From the NCBI GenBank assembly GCA_963727455.1, contig CAVSGG010000010.1:1-64000 (forward strand): a stretch of 64,000 nt of DNA, read 5' to 3'. The notes under the pieces are model-generated. The model saw nothing but the letters and a program-made list of their open reading frames with translations, made no database searches and was not told the DNA's origin. Origin of the DNA: Candidatus Krumholzibacteriota bacterium. GTDB lineage: Bacteria; Krumholzibacteriota; Krumholzibacteriia; JAJRXK01. Positions 9,986 to 21,209 of the stretch are shown here, piece by piece; position 1 is the first letter of the stretch, and every line of letters starts with the position of its first letter. A program made the position numbers and the translations under genes.

Positions 9986-11167
9986 TCAAGAAGATATCAA
10001 CTCACAATATTGATCATATAATCCACTCCAAATGGATTCCGGTCGGAAGTTGGCTATTGCGTGCTGTCTTGCGTTTCTGCCGTGCTGTTTGCATATGGAG
10101 GGGTTGCCCTGATAGTGAGAAAGTGCTGCAACTAGATCAGTGATATCGCCCGGTTCGATAAGTCGTCCTGTGAGACCATCTTGAATCGCGTCTCTGATAC
10201 CAGTTACGCGATAGGCAATAGTGGGAATCCCACATGCAGCAGCTTCAAGAACGGCGTTAGGAAAGCCTTCGCGTTGACTCGGAAGGACAAGCACATTCAT
10301 GAGGTTATAGTAGGGGACCACGTCATCAACATACCCCGACGCAACTACGGCTTCCGTGTGCTTGATAAAGTACGAGTCAGATGGGCTGATAGCGTCAGCT
10401 TGTTCCTGCGGTCCCACCAATAGAAGGCGTATAGTTGACGTGTCTTTCTGAATTAATTGAAAAGCTTCGAGGAGATCGGATATGCCCTTATCCTTAGTGA
10501 GCCTGCCAACGAATCCTATCACAAACGAATCATTGGGAATGTGAAGTTGCGTCCGCAACCGCATGAGTGCCGGAGCTAACGGATCGATGCGGGCGAAGCG
10601 CACACAATCAACCCCATTTGAAGATCCCTTGCCCAGAACTGCGATTTTCGTCCCAGATGCAAGGCCCTGCGCAACGTAGAGGTCCGCCAGGCTTTTGCTG
10701 ACCGCAATGACCCGTTGTGCGCAGGAAGCCGTAATAAGCTCGATCCATTTCAAAAACGTTCGAGAGAATCCGCTGGATGTCTCAAGCCGGAGACCCCGAA
10801 GTGTGTAGACCCTAGCGGGAACGCAAGCGAGGCGCGCAGCCAAGAGCACAAGGAAAGCCGCCTTGGGAGTCCCCGCATTTACGATATCAGGCCGGATGCG
10901 GCGGATAACGGTGAAGATTCGCACCAATGCAACTATATCGTAAAACGGCGAAGGTGTTCGACGAAGTGGTACTGGCCAAAATCCAGAGATCTTCTCCGCG
11001 GCGACAAAAGTTCTGTCCAGATCCTTGGCGCAGAGAACATGTACCTCTAAGCCCTTGTCGCTCATGTAGCTCAGTTGGCCCCTGAGAAGCACCTGGATAG
11101 TTAGGGGGCTCGTGGCCGCAACGAGAAGCTTGAGGGTCTTCCTAGATTTAATTTGTCCTCGTCTCAA
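9986..11167 (-). CDS. Glycosyltransferase family 4 (CapM-like)
   Basis: TPKAA, GSSNGVD, FVGRLTKDKGI, REGFPNAVLEAAA. Confidence 0.9.
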   Translation of the reverse strand: MRRGQIKSRKTLKLLVAATSPLTIQVLLRGQLSYMSDKGLEVHVLCAKDLDRTFVAAEKISGFWPVPLRRTPSPFYDIVALVRIFTVIRRIRPDIVNAGTPKAAFLVLLAARLACVPARVYTLRGLRLETSSGFSRTFLKWIELITASCAQRVIAVSKSLADLYVAQGLASGTKIAVLGKGSSNGVDCVRFARIDPLAPALMRLRTQLHIPNDSFVIGFVGRLTKDKGISDLLEAFQLIQKDTSTIRLLLVGPQEQADAISPSDSYFIKHTEAVVASGYVDDVVPYYNLMNVLVLPSQREGFPNAVLEAAACGIPTIAYRVTGIRDAIQDGLTGRLIEPGDITDLVAALSHYQGNPSICKQHGRNARQHAIANFRPESIWSGLYDQYCELISS

Positions 11168-11169
11168 TG

Positions 11170-12369
11170 CTAAGTTCCCGAGTTTGCGTATGGCATCTTC
11201 AGGTAATCGCGGTGGTCGATCAAGAACGTCAAGATCTTCGAAGCGACTTTGCTGGTGACTCCCGGATGCGTTGGGAGATTAACAATCTCTCCGGCTGCTA
11301 TTTCCGCATTTGGGCAAGAGTTTGGCGTGTAGCCAAAGACGCTGGGTGGAGATTCTCCGGGATGGAGGGGAGCATTGAACCAATCGCCCATCTCAATGTG
11401 ACGCTTGCGGGCTTTTTCCAGCAGCTCCTCGCGGTGTCGAACGCGTAAGGGAACGCGGAGGGGCACGCTCGAAGCACCAGCAGGCATTTCCTGGGGCACG
11501 ATTCCCCAGGACTCGAGTGCCTCATGGTAAATTTTGGAGATGGTCCTGCGATGTTCTATGACGCCTGGGAGAGTCAGGAGCGTGGCGGCAAGACTGGCTT
11601 CACGTAGCTTGCCAAAGCGCTTGGAATATTTGGTTGGAGCGACCGGAGAAGTCAGCTCACATCGATCTGAGCTGCCCTTTACCAGTCCGAGCGATCCGAG
11701 CGTTCTATAGATTCTCTGTATCGACCAGAAAAGGGATGGACGAAAAAGCTTCGCATGAGCCATCGATGCTAACGACAGGAATGCCTCTTCTCTCCAGGTA
11801 GGGGATACGCATTCCTTATCATGGAACTGACGAAGACCTTTCCAAAGTTCATCCGAATTTGCTCTGGCAAGCCCACCGAGGCCTGTAGTGACAGGCTTGG
11901 ACCATTGCAGACTGGCAAACGCAGCATCGCCAAGTGTGCCGACTTGCTTTCCGTACAAGGAAGCCCCCAAAGCATGCGCACAGTCTTCAATCAAGAGGAC
12001 ACCGTGCCTACGACACGCATCAGGAAGCGACCCAAGCTCAGCCGGTACCCCAAATGTGTGCTGTACGATGATGGCCCGTGTTCGTGCTCCGATCATGGAG
12101 ATGGCGGCTTCCGGATCACCGTTGAGCTGTCGTGGATTGATGTCATAGAAGACTGGGCGCGCGCCGGTGTAGAGAATTGCCGCCGGAACCACGACGCAGG
12201 TGAACCCGGGGACAACAACCTCATCTCCAACTCCGATACCTGCAGCTCGCAGGATACCGTAGAGAGCTACGCGACCCTTAAAAAAACTCAGCACTTTTTT
12301 CGCGTCGTTCCATGTGTCCAGTACGGACAGAAGATCATCCGAAGTGGAGCCTAATGTTAATCCCTCCAT
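11170..12369 (-). CDS. DegT/DnrJ/EryC1/StrS PLP-dependent aminotransferase
   Basis: IEDCAHALG, SLQWSKPVTTGLGG (PLP Lys). Start moved to ATG 12369 because the longer ORF overlaps the acyltransferase. Confidence 0.85.
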   Translation of the reverse strand: MEGLTLGSTSDDLLSVLDTWNDAKKVLSFFKGRVALYGILRAAGIGVGDEVVVPGFTCVVVPAAILYTGARPVFYDINPRQLNGDPEAAISMIGARTRAIIVQHTFGVPAELGSLPDACRRHGVLLIEDCAHALGASLYGKQVGTLGDAAFASLQWSKPVTTGLGGLARANSDELWKGLRQFHDKECVSPTWREEAFLSLASMAHAKLFRPSLFWSIQRIYRTLGSLGLVKGSSDRCELTSPVAPTKYSKRFGKLREASLAATLLTLPGVIEHRRTISKIYHEALESWGIVPQEMPAGASSVPLRVPLRVRHREELLEKARKRHIEMGDWFNAPLHPGESPPSVFGYTPNSCPNAEIAAGEIVNLPTHPGVTSKVASKILTFLIDHRDYLKMPYANSGT

Positions 12370-13130
12370 CTGACCTTTTCCCGTTCCGCGAACTTCTGGG
12401 TTCTCGCTCCAACATAGATCATCCAGGGCTCGGTGTTCTTGGCAAGTACGGCATGTGCGCCAGCCACGCTTCCTGGGGCGACCGTAACATCTGGTAAAAT
12501 CGTCACGTTTGCGCCAATGAAGGCATCTCTCTGGATCAGGACTTTTCCTCTCAAAACATTCCTCTGCTCCGGATCGACCATTGGGCCTGAACACCTGGCG
12601 CCATCCTTGAGTACTTCAGTGGAGGTAATGATATTCGAGCCTGTAGCTATACAGGCGTAGTCCTCGATTTCGAAGTCGCCTCCGCCCGTGATTATGACTC
12701 GGGGGGCGATGTGCACACGTCGTCCAACCTTGCAGGTTCTAGCCATTATTAGGCAATTCTTGTCGATATAGGAGAACTCCGCCAATTCCACTTGCTTTGG
12801 ATGACCGAAGACCACGCCCTGGTCGATGAAGACGTTGGAAGCCACGCTCTTGAGGACAATTCGGTAATAGAGAGACCGGATGTACATTCCTCCAAAAGCA
12901 GGAAGCCCCGGCAGGGCTCTGACAAACATTTGGACCAGGGTTGAGTAGATTGGGATGGGCAGGGCGAGGAAAAGACCAAAAATTCTCTCGAAGAGAAAAA
13001 GTAAGAAGATGATCGGCCGGAATTTGAGTAATTTTGCGATCAGAGTAAATATAGGTGAGGCAGGCCTTCCTTCCTTGAGTCTCCCAGCGTTGATAAACTC
13101 AAAGAACTCACTCGTGAACGCTATTCTCAT
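12357..13130 (-). CDS. Hexapeptide-repeat (LbH) O/N-acyltransferase with N-terminal hydrophobic segment
   Basis: Repeated [LIV]-G-x-x-x-x hexads; 'AFIGANVTILPDVTV...GAHAVL'. Confidence 0.8.
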   Translation of the reverse strand: MRIAFTSEFFEFINAGRLKEGRPASPIFTLIAKLLKFRPIIFLLFLFERIFGLFLALPIPIYSTLVQMFVRALPGLPAFGGMYIRSLYYRIVLKSVASNVFIDQGVVFGHPKQVELAEFSYIDKNCLIMARTCKVGRRVHIAPRVIITGGGDFEIEDYACIATGSNIITSTEVLKDGARCSGPMVDPEQRNVLRGKVLIQRDAFIGANVTILPDVTVAPGSVAGAHAVLAKNTEPWMIYVGARTQKFAEREKVRWRD

Positions 13131-13431
13131 TCTTAGTCTCCCATTCGGCCGAGCGCTGCGACAAAATGCTGACGTCCCACAATGTCAAAAAGTGAATTGC
13201 AGAGTTCTCCGCTCGCGAAACTGTACGTTACTATGGAGCTAAGCAAGTCGAGGCTCTGCACTAAGATACAGTAACCTATCACAGCTCCAATTGCTTAGAA
13301 AGTGACCAATTTGTGCTAGTCTCTGAGTACCTTGTGGATAGCGTTTCTGCACTGTAGACGAATCTGGAGGGTTGGTCCTATCCTAGCAGCTCCTCAGAAA
13401 TCTCGTTCATGCCCAAGGAGATGGCCCCGCA

Positions 13432-15333
13432 TTGCCTCCACAAGCCACCCGCATCCGCTACCGCGCCTGGCTGATCTGGTCCATCCTGGTGGCCTGTATC
13501 CTAACCGCCTACGCCGGCGCCTTCAGCCTCAAGCTGGGTCTGCCCCTTTCGAGCTGGGAGCCCTGGTTCGTCCGTGGCTTGCCCATCGTGGTGGCGATCA
13601 AGGTTCTCGCACTGGTCTTTTTTCGGGTGGATCGGGGCATGTGGCGCTATGCCGACGTGGGCGACCTCATCTCGACCGCCCTGGCCATCTTCAGCTCCAA
13701 CGCTCTTCTGATGGGCCTCACCCTGGCCTTTCAACTGCCCGTCTTCCTGCTCACCATCCTGGCCATCGACCTCTTGATCTCGCTACTGATCTTCTCCGGC
13801 GCGCGCATGAGCCTGAGGGTCTCCCAGGAGCTGCTCCAGGAATCCCGTTCCTCGCGCCGCACCGTGGTGATCGGGGCCGGCGACGCGGGCGAGGCCGCCG
13901 TCCGCGCCATCGCCCGCCAACCTCTGGCCGACCTGCGCCCGGTGGCCTTCGTCGACGACGATCCCCTGAAGCAGGGCCTGCACGTCCACGGAGTGCCGGT
14001 GGAGGGAACCATCGAGGAGCTTCCAGCAGTGGTCGAGCGGCTCCAGGCGGACAGCGTCCTCTTGGCCATCTGCCGCGATATCGGCCCGCGCCGTATGCGC
14101 GAGATCATGACCCTGGCCCGCTCCACGAAACTCCCGGTGAAGCGCATTCCGCCGCTGGACGAGCTGCTCAACGGCAGGGCGGTCATCGGCGATTGGCGAG
14201 AGTTCTCCATGGACGATCTGCTAAGCCGGGATCCCATCCTCACCGACCACGAGAGCGTGGCCGAGCTGCTCAGGGAGGAGACGGTGCTGGTAACTGGGGC
14301 GGCGGGTTCCATTGGAAGCGAGCTGTGCCGGCAGATTCTGGAGCAGCATCCCAAGCGCCTCATCCTCCTCGACCAGAACGAGAACGCGCTGTTTGAAATC
14401 GAGCACGAGCTTGCGGCACGTCACCCCATGTCGCGCTGCATCCCCGTGCTGGCCTCGGTGCGCGACGAGGCCAAGCTCGAATCCATCTTCGTCCGCTATC
14501 GCCCTTCGGTCGTCTTCCACGCCGCCGCCTACAAGCACGTGCCGGTGCTCGAACACTTCCCCGAAGAGGCGGTGCGCAACAACGTGAAGGGCACGCGCAA
14601 CGTGGCGCGCATGGCCGACCGTTTCCACTGCAAGAACTTCGTGTTCATCTCCACCGACAAAGCGGTACGTCCGACCAGCGTGATGGGTACCACCAAGCGC
14701 GTGGCCGAGCGCATCGTGGGAGACCTGGATCGGCAGAGCGAAACGCGCTTCACGGTGATTCGCTTCGGCAACGTGCTGGGGAGCAACGGCAGCGTTGTGC
14801 AGCTCTTCCGCAAGCAGATCGCCCAGGGCGGTCCGGTCACCGTTACCCATCCGGAGATCCGCCGCTATTTCATGAGCATTCCTGAGGCGGTGTCGCTCGT
14901 GCTGTGTGCCGCGGCCATGGACGAAGTGGGAGGCACCTACATTCTGGACATGGGCAAGCAGGTGCGGATCCTGGACATGGCGCGCCACTTCATTCGCCTG
15001 TGCGGCCTCGAGCCCGAGAAAGACATCGCCATCGAGATCGTGGGACTGAGGCCGGGAGAGAAGCTCTTCGAAGAACTCTGGACGGAGAGCGAGAATCCCC
15101 AGTCCACCGCGCACCCCAGCATTCTCTGCGCGCTGCGCGAGGAGAACTCCGATCCCAATCTCGGTGCAGAGGTGGACCGACTGATCAGCGCCGCCGAAGC
15201 GGGCAAACGCAACGAACTGATCCAGCTGCTGCATTCCCTGGTCCCGGCCTATAGCGGCAACCTGCTCGATGGAGAGTCCGTACCCGAACTCCGCGTGATC
15301 CCCGGCACGCGGAAGGACGTGGCAGGCGCCTGA
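13432..15333 (+). CDS. capD: Polysaccharide biosynthesis protein CapD/PglF (UDP-GlcNAc 4,6-dehydratase)
   Basis: 4 N-terminal TMs, GAGDAG, VTGAAGSIGSELCRQ, HAAAYKHVP, STDKAV, RFGNVLGSNGSV, GLRPGEKLFEEL. Confidence 0.92.
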   Translation: MPPQATRIRYRAWLIWSILVACILTAYAGAFSLKLGLPLSSWEPWFVRGLPIVVAIKVLALVFFRVDRGMWRYADVGDLISTALAIFSSNALLMGLTLAFQLPVFLLTILAIDLLISLLIFSGARMSLRVSQELLQESRSSRRTVVIGAGDAGEAAVRAIARQPLADLRPVAFVDDDPLKQGLHVHGVPVEGTIEELPAVVERLQADSVLLAICRDIGPRRMREIMTLARSTKLPVKRIPPLDELLNGRAVIGDWREFSMDDLLSRDPILTDHESVAELLREETVLVTGAAGSIGSELCRQILEQHPKRLILLDQNENALFEIEHELAARHPMSRCIPVLASVRDEAKLESIFVRYRPSVVFHAAAYKHVPVLEHFPEEAVRNNVKGTRNVARMADRFHCKNFVFISTDKAVRPTSVMGTTKRVAERIVGDLDRQSETRFTVIRFGNVLGSNGSVVQLFRKQIAQGGPVTVTHPEIRRYFMSIPEAVSLVLCAAAMDEVGGTYILDMGKQVRILDMARHFIRLCGLEPEKDIAIEIVGLRPGEKLFEELWTESENPQSTAHPSILCALREENSDPNLGAEVDRLISAAEAGKRNELIQLLHSLVPAYSGNLLDGESVPELRVIPGTRKDVAGA

Positions 15334-16520
15334 TGTTCAAGCGCACGGCCACAGTCTTGCTCTTCTTCTCGACCCTGCTCTTGGCAGTGGGCTTCCGCTA
15401 CGTTTTCTACGGAGAGATCTCGTCCACGGCCGCGCACTGGCTGGAACCGGCCCATCGACTCCTGTTTCTTTTGGCTCTGAGCGCCAACGCCGCGGCCTTC
15501 GGCCTGTGGAAAAAGCACGAGCCCTGGCCGCTCTTCGCGCTGAGCTGGATTCTCGTGCAGACCCTCCTTCTGGGCTGGCTCAGCCACCACCTGGCTCCCC
15601 ATCTCACCCCGGTCTACACCCTGCAGGCGGTGCTGGCCCTCGCGCTTCCCTGGCTCTTCGTGGAAACCAAGTACGAGCCCGGGGCGAGAATGCGGCTGGC
15701 CTTCCTCGTCGCGCTGCTTCCGCTTTTGAGCATGGTTTTTGGTGTGCTCCTCCAGTTGCTGCATCTCCATCGGGCCTACTCTGGGTACTTCGGCGGCATT
15801 TTTCGGCTGCAGGGAGCCACGAAAGCAGACTACTTCGCGGCCCTGGCCTTCGCGGGGGTGCTGGTGGCCCTTCACGAATGGGTGCGCACCCGCCGCTGGC
15901 CCATGGGCGCGCTGATCTTCCTGAATCTCATTCTCCTGGTCTTCAGCGGGGCTCGCATGGGTCTCTTCGCCGCCTTCGTGGGGGCGGTGGTGTACTTCTG
16001 GCGCTCAGCCGACGCGCGCAATGCCCTCTGGCGCCTGAAGGGCTGGGCCTATCTGGGAGCGGCCGCGGTGGGAGCGGCGATGGTCGTCTACGCGCCGATC
16101 ATGGTCGACCGCATGTACGGACTGGGGGGCGATCAGTTCAACTTCAGCGGTCGAAGGATCATCTGGGCCTCGTACCTGGACAAATTCGGCAAGAGCATCT
16201 GGTTCGGGCGCGGCCTGGGAGCGGGGCAGGAGGGAGTGTTCGATCCCAACTTTCCGCACAACGAGTACCTGCGCTTCGCGGTGGAGGGAGGCCTGGTGGG
16301 CGGGGTCATCCTGTTGCTCGCGATTTGCCTGTGGGCGTGGCGCATGCGCGAACACCTGGCCAGCAACGACCGCCCCTTCTTCACTGCGTTCATGGTGGCC
16401 ATCGCCATCTTCGCGATCACGGACAATCCGCTGAGCGCGACCTATCTCTCGGGCTTCGTATACTTGGGATTGCTCAGGAGCGAGGGCTGGGAAGCGCAGA
16501 AGCCGCCCCCGGAAAGCTAA
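15333..16520 (+). CDS. O-antigen ligase (Wzy_C) family protein
   Basis: Multi-TM; SGARMG, SGRRIIW, GRGLG, PHNEYLRFAVEGGLVG. Confidence 0.85.
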   Translation: MFKRTATVLLFFSTLLLAVGFRYVFYGEISSTAAHWLEPAHRLLFLLALSANAAAFGLWKKHEPWPLFALSWILVQTLLLGWLSHHLAPHLTPVYTLQAVLALALPWLFVETKYEPGARMRLAFLVALLPLLSMVFGVLLQLLHLHRAYSGYFGGIFRLQGATKADYFAALAFAGVLVALHEWVRTRRWPMGALIFLNLILLVFSGARMGLFAAFVGAVVYFWRSADARNALWRLKGWAYLGAAAVGAAMVVYAPIMVDRMYGLGGDQFNFSGRRIIWASYLDKFGKSIWFGRGLGAGQEGVFDPNFPHNEYLRFAVEGGLVGGVILLLAICLWAWRMREHLASNDRPFFTAFMVAIAIFAITDNPLSATYLSGFVYLGLLRSEGWEAQKPPPES

Positions 16521-17113
16521 CCGCGAAAGACGGCCTTCTGCAGAGTCTTGGCGATGACTCCCACGTCGCGCCGCGGTGAGCGGTGATTGATGTAGCTGCG
16601 GCTGAGCGCGAGCTTGCGCGGCAGAATCTTCTCGCGGTAGTAGCGCTCGGGGTCGAGTGCCTTCTCCAAGAGCGAACTCTCGTTGCGGAAGACGATGCTG
16701 GCGGGATCGGTCAGCCCCGGTCTCACGCTCAAGACTTCCAGTTGCAGAGCGTCCTGCAAACTCACGAACTTCGGAACCTCCGGACGCGGTCCCACCAAAC
16801 TCATCTCGCCGCGAAGCACGTTGAAAAGCTGGGGGATTTCATCGAGCTTCGTGCGCCGTAGAAGTCGGCCGACTTTGGTAACTCGCGGATCGCGATCTCC
16901 CAAGGTGCGGAGATACAACTCGCCGGTGGGATCGAGACGCATGGTGCGGAATTTCAGGATCTGGAAGATGTGACCGTGACGGCCAATCCGCTCCTGCGAA
17001 AAGAGCACAGGCCCGGACGACGAGAGCCTGACCGCCAACGCGATGAGAAGCCACAACGGGGCCCCGAGCAGCAAACCCAAAGCCGCGAAGATGACATCAA
17101 TGCTACGCGGCAT
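16517..17113 (-). CDS. Sugar transferase (PglC/WcaJ-type phosphoglycosyl transferase)
   Basis: KFRTM, DPRVTKVGRLLRRTKLDEIPQLFNVLRGEMSLVGPRPE, RPGLT. Start set at MPRSID. Confidence 0.9.
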   Translation of the reverse strand: MPRSIDVIFAALGLLLGAPLWLLIALAVRLSSSGPVLFSQERIGRHGHIFQILKFRTMRLDPTGELYLRTLGDRDPRVTKVGRLLRRTKLDEIPQLFNVLRGEMSLVGPRPEVPKFVSLQDALQLEVLSVRPGLTDPASIVFRNESSLLEKALDPERYYREKILPRKLALSRSYINHRSPRRDVGVIAKTLQKAVFRG

Positions 17114-17201
17114 ACCTACTCTCCGGGACGACGGGCCAGAATCACCTGGCAAGAGACTAGCCGAGGGGCCCAAACTGTCAAGCTCGAAAGAGCATCTGAA
17201 C

Positions 17202-18383
17202 TCAGCCAAGCGACACGCACTCAACGACTTGGTCGATGACCCACTGGAGCTGATCGACGTTCATCGCCGGGTAAATGGGCAGGGAGATTTCGCTCTCGAA
17301 AAGAGCCTGGGCATTGGGAAAGCTTTGCGGCGAAAGCTGATAGGTGTCCCGATAGTAAGGCTGGAGATGGAGGGGGATGAAGTGAACGCTGGTTCCCACT
17401 CCACGCCGGGCCAATTCGGTGATCAAGGCGTCGCGAACCTGGCGTCCGCCGCTGACCCGGAGAGGATACAGGTGCCAAGCATTGCGATCGGTATCGTAGG
17501 TCTCTTTCGGCGCGATGAGCCCGTCCGTCTTGGCGAAGGACTCCGAGTAGGCGGCGGCGATGGCCGCGCGCCGCAGCCGGAAGTCGTTGACCCGCTTCAA
17601 CTGACTCAGACCCAGAGCGGCCATGATGTCGCTCATGTTGTACTTGTACCCGGGCGCCACCACTTCGTAATACCAGCTGTCGGTTTTGCGGTATCTGTCG
17701 AACACGTCGTGACTGATGCCGTGCAAGCGCATGGTGCGCATGCGCGCCGCCAGATCCGCGTTGCGTGTCACCGCCATGCCGCCTTCCCCGGTGCAGAGGG
17801 TCTTGGTGGCGTAGAAGGAGAAGGCCGTGACGTCTCCGTAGCGTCCGATGAGCTTCTTCTTGCGGCGCGTGGGAAGTGCGTGTGCGGCATCGTCGACCAA
17901 GCCCAGGCCTTCACTCTCGCAGAACTTCTCCAGCTCTTCCATCTCCACCGGAGCTCCGCCGTAGTGCACGGCGAGCACCGCCTTCACTCGCTTCCTTTGA
18001 TCGGCGGGTAGAGCCTCGTAGGCCTTCTGGAACGCTTTCGCGCTCACGTGGAGCTGCTCGGGATCGTTGTCCACCAGGAGGGGATCGGCGCCCAGATAGC
18101 GCGCGACCTCGGCCGAGGCGGTGAAGGTGAAACTGGGGCAGAGGACCAAATGCCCCGGGCCCACTCCGAGAGATTCCAGGGCGAGGTGCAGGGCCGCCGT
18201 ACCCGAGTTTACGGCGATGCAGTGGAGGGTTTCGCCGGAATCTTCGCTGAGGTACTTGGCGAACTCGGACTCGAACTCGCGGCACTTGGGGCCGGTCGTA
18301 ACCCAGCGTTCTCGCAGAACTTCGACCACGCCGGGGATGTCTCTCTCGTCGAGGGAGGGGACATGAAAAGGGATGGGATCCAT
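17202..18383 (-). CDS. DegT/DnrJ aminotransferase (PglE/ArnB-like)
   Basis: VNSGTAALHLAL, DDAAHA, FSFYATKTLCTGEGG, GYKYNMSDI. Start set at MDPIPF. Confidence 0.92.
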   Translation of the reverse strand: MDPIPFHVPSLDERDIPGVVEVLRERWVTTGPKCREFESEFAKYLSEDSGETLHCIAVNSGTAALHLALESLGVGPGHLVLCPSFTFTASAEVARYLGADPLLVDNDPEQLHVSAKAFQKAYEALPADQRKRVKAVLAVHYGGAPVEMEELEKFCESEGLGLVDDAAHALPTRRKKKLIGRYGDVTAFSFYATKTLCTGEGGMAVTRNADLAARMRTMRLHGISHDVFDRYRKTDSWYYEVVAPGYKYNMSDIMAALGLSQLKRVNDFRLRRAAIAAAYSESFAKTDGLIAPKETYDTDRNAWHLYPLRVSGGRQVRDALITELARRGVGTSVHFIPLHLQPYYRDTYQLSPQSFPNAQALFESEISLPIYPAMNVDQLQWVIDQVVECVSLG

Positions 18384-18447
18384 GGAAGCTCTTTCACGTG
18401 GTGGGGCGATCGCGTTGCGCCAGGCTAGCCGCCTGAAGCGGCGGCTG

Positions 18448-19698
18448 TCAACTCGCGCGCTCGCGGGCGCCGTAGAGGAAGACACAAAACAGCACGACTC
18501 CGTAAATGGCGTAGCTGAGCGAGGTGACTTTGCAGACCTCGACCACCGTGCCGCCGCGGTGAATGATCGCCTCCACCAGAGCGATCTGCAGGGCCAGGGC
18601 GCACAGGCTCACCACCAGGTGGCGATCCTGATGGCGGATGGTCTGCAGGAAGAAGGTCGAGGGCACCGACGCCGAGAAGAAGATGACCCCTGGCAGGATC
18701 CAACGCGCCGCCGGTACTCCGGGCAGATACGCGGGCAGGAGGGCTTGGACCACGGGGGGCAGAAGAAACCAGCCGAGCGCGGCGGCCAGGGTAGTGAGCA
18801 CGGCCACGAAGAGGGTGTGCCGCAGCACACGCGCCCGCAGCAAACTCGCTTTGCCGTAGGCCCCGAAGACTTTCAGCATGCTGGGGTAGGAGGTGGTTCC
18901 CAGCGCGCCGGGCACCACCATCATGATGGTCAATCCCACCGCGGCCAGGCTGTACTCGCTTCCTACCACCGCCTGCCCGAAGCCGGCGGCGATGAGGGCC
19001 TTGTTGATGGTGAACTGGAAACTGAAGACCAGGGCCACCGCCAGAAGGGGAAAGCCGTCCCGCAGAATCTCGGCGCGGCTGCCCGAAAAGACCGGTCGCG
19101 GATGCAGAGGTGACCAGAGGATTGCGAGCAGCAAGCCGAAGACTTGCATGATCACGATCCGCACGAAGGCCCCGGGCAGGCCGTAGGCCATCACCATGGG
19201 AAGCAGGCTCAGATTGAGAAGCGAACGGAAGAGCAGCACCAGACCCACCCGGCCGAAGCGCGAGTGGGTCTTGAGCAGGCCGAGGTGATACTGCAACCAG
19301 AGCTCGAGGACCACCGCCACGATGAAGGCGGCCGCCCCGAAGGGGTGCTCGCGGTAAAAGGCCAGCGCGACCCCCGAGGCCAAGACGAGCCACGCGCAAT
19401 TCAAGAGCACGAGCAGGCCCGCACAGCGCTGCGCGTAGTGCAACACTTCCTCGCCGCGTCCCTGACCCATCCGCAGGGGAAGCTGGCGATTCAGCGAGGG
19501 ATTGACCCCGAAATGGAAGTGCTGCCCGTAGTCGAAGAGCAGAAAGAGAACCAGCCACACTCCGGCTCGGGCCGGTCCGAGAATGCGGAACAGCAGGATC
19601 GACTGGGCGAGGTTGACGAACAGCGAACCGTAGAAGGCCGATCCGTACGAAACCGCCGCCGGGAGTCGAGGACGCCGGGTGTCGATTACAGAGCTCAA
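18448..19698 (-). CDS. Wzx-like oligosaccharide flippase
   Basis: About 12 TMs; 'FRILGPARAGVW' resembles the Wzx N-terminal motif; glycan-operon context. Confidence 0.7.
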   Translation of the reverse strand: MSSVIDTRRPRLPAAVSYGSAFYGSLFVNLAQSILLFRILGPARAGVWLVLFLLFDYGQHFHFGVNPSLNRQLPLRMGQGRGEEVLHYAQRCAGLLVLLNCAWLVLASGVALAFYREHPFGAAAFIVAVVLELWLQYHLGLLKTHSRFGRVGLVLLFRSLLNLSLLPMVMAYGLPGAFVRIVIMQVFGLLLAILWSPLHPRPVFSGSRAEILRDGFPLLAVALVFSFQFTINKALIAAGFGQAVVGSEYSLAAVGLTIMMVVPGALGTTSYPSMLKVFGAYGKASLLRARVLRHTLFVAVLTTLAAALGWFLLPPVVQALLPAYLPGVPAARWILPGVIFFSASVPSTFFLQTIRHQDRHLVVSLCALALQIALVEAIIHRGGTVVEVCKVTSLSYAIYGVVLFCVFLYGARERAS

Positions 19699-19707
19699 GT
19701 CTCGAGA

Positions 19708-21024
<1,317 letters not shown>

Positions 21025-21136
21025 GGCGCTACCTCCCAGGTGGCCTAATCGTGTGGGTGGAGGACGGAATGGACCTCTCGGCGGCAGGATAGCCCAGGAG
21101 GAACTATTGTGCTAATGGATAAAACTTGTATATATC

Positions 21137-21151
21137 ATAAGAAGAACTTAT
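21137..21151. promoter_or_regulatory. Candidate LysR binding box (T-N11-A palindrome)
   Basis: ATAAG-AAGAA-CTTAT inverted repeat in an AT-rich patch between divergent ino1 and lysR. Confidence 0.6.
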
Positions 21152-21209
21152 AACATGCGTCCAGGGCGCAGGCCAGCTCCGAATTCTCCGACTCGCAGGA
21201 GGTTTCCCG

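Noticed and set aside
11170-12594. Extended N-termini given by the ORF track (also 23765, 25400, 29740, 30944, 33386, 58029, 63722)
   Set aside because: The extensions overlap neighbouring genes or leaders; downstream starts with SDs match the family N-termini
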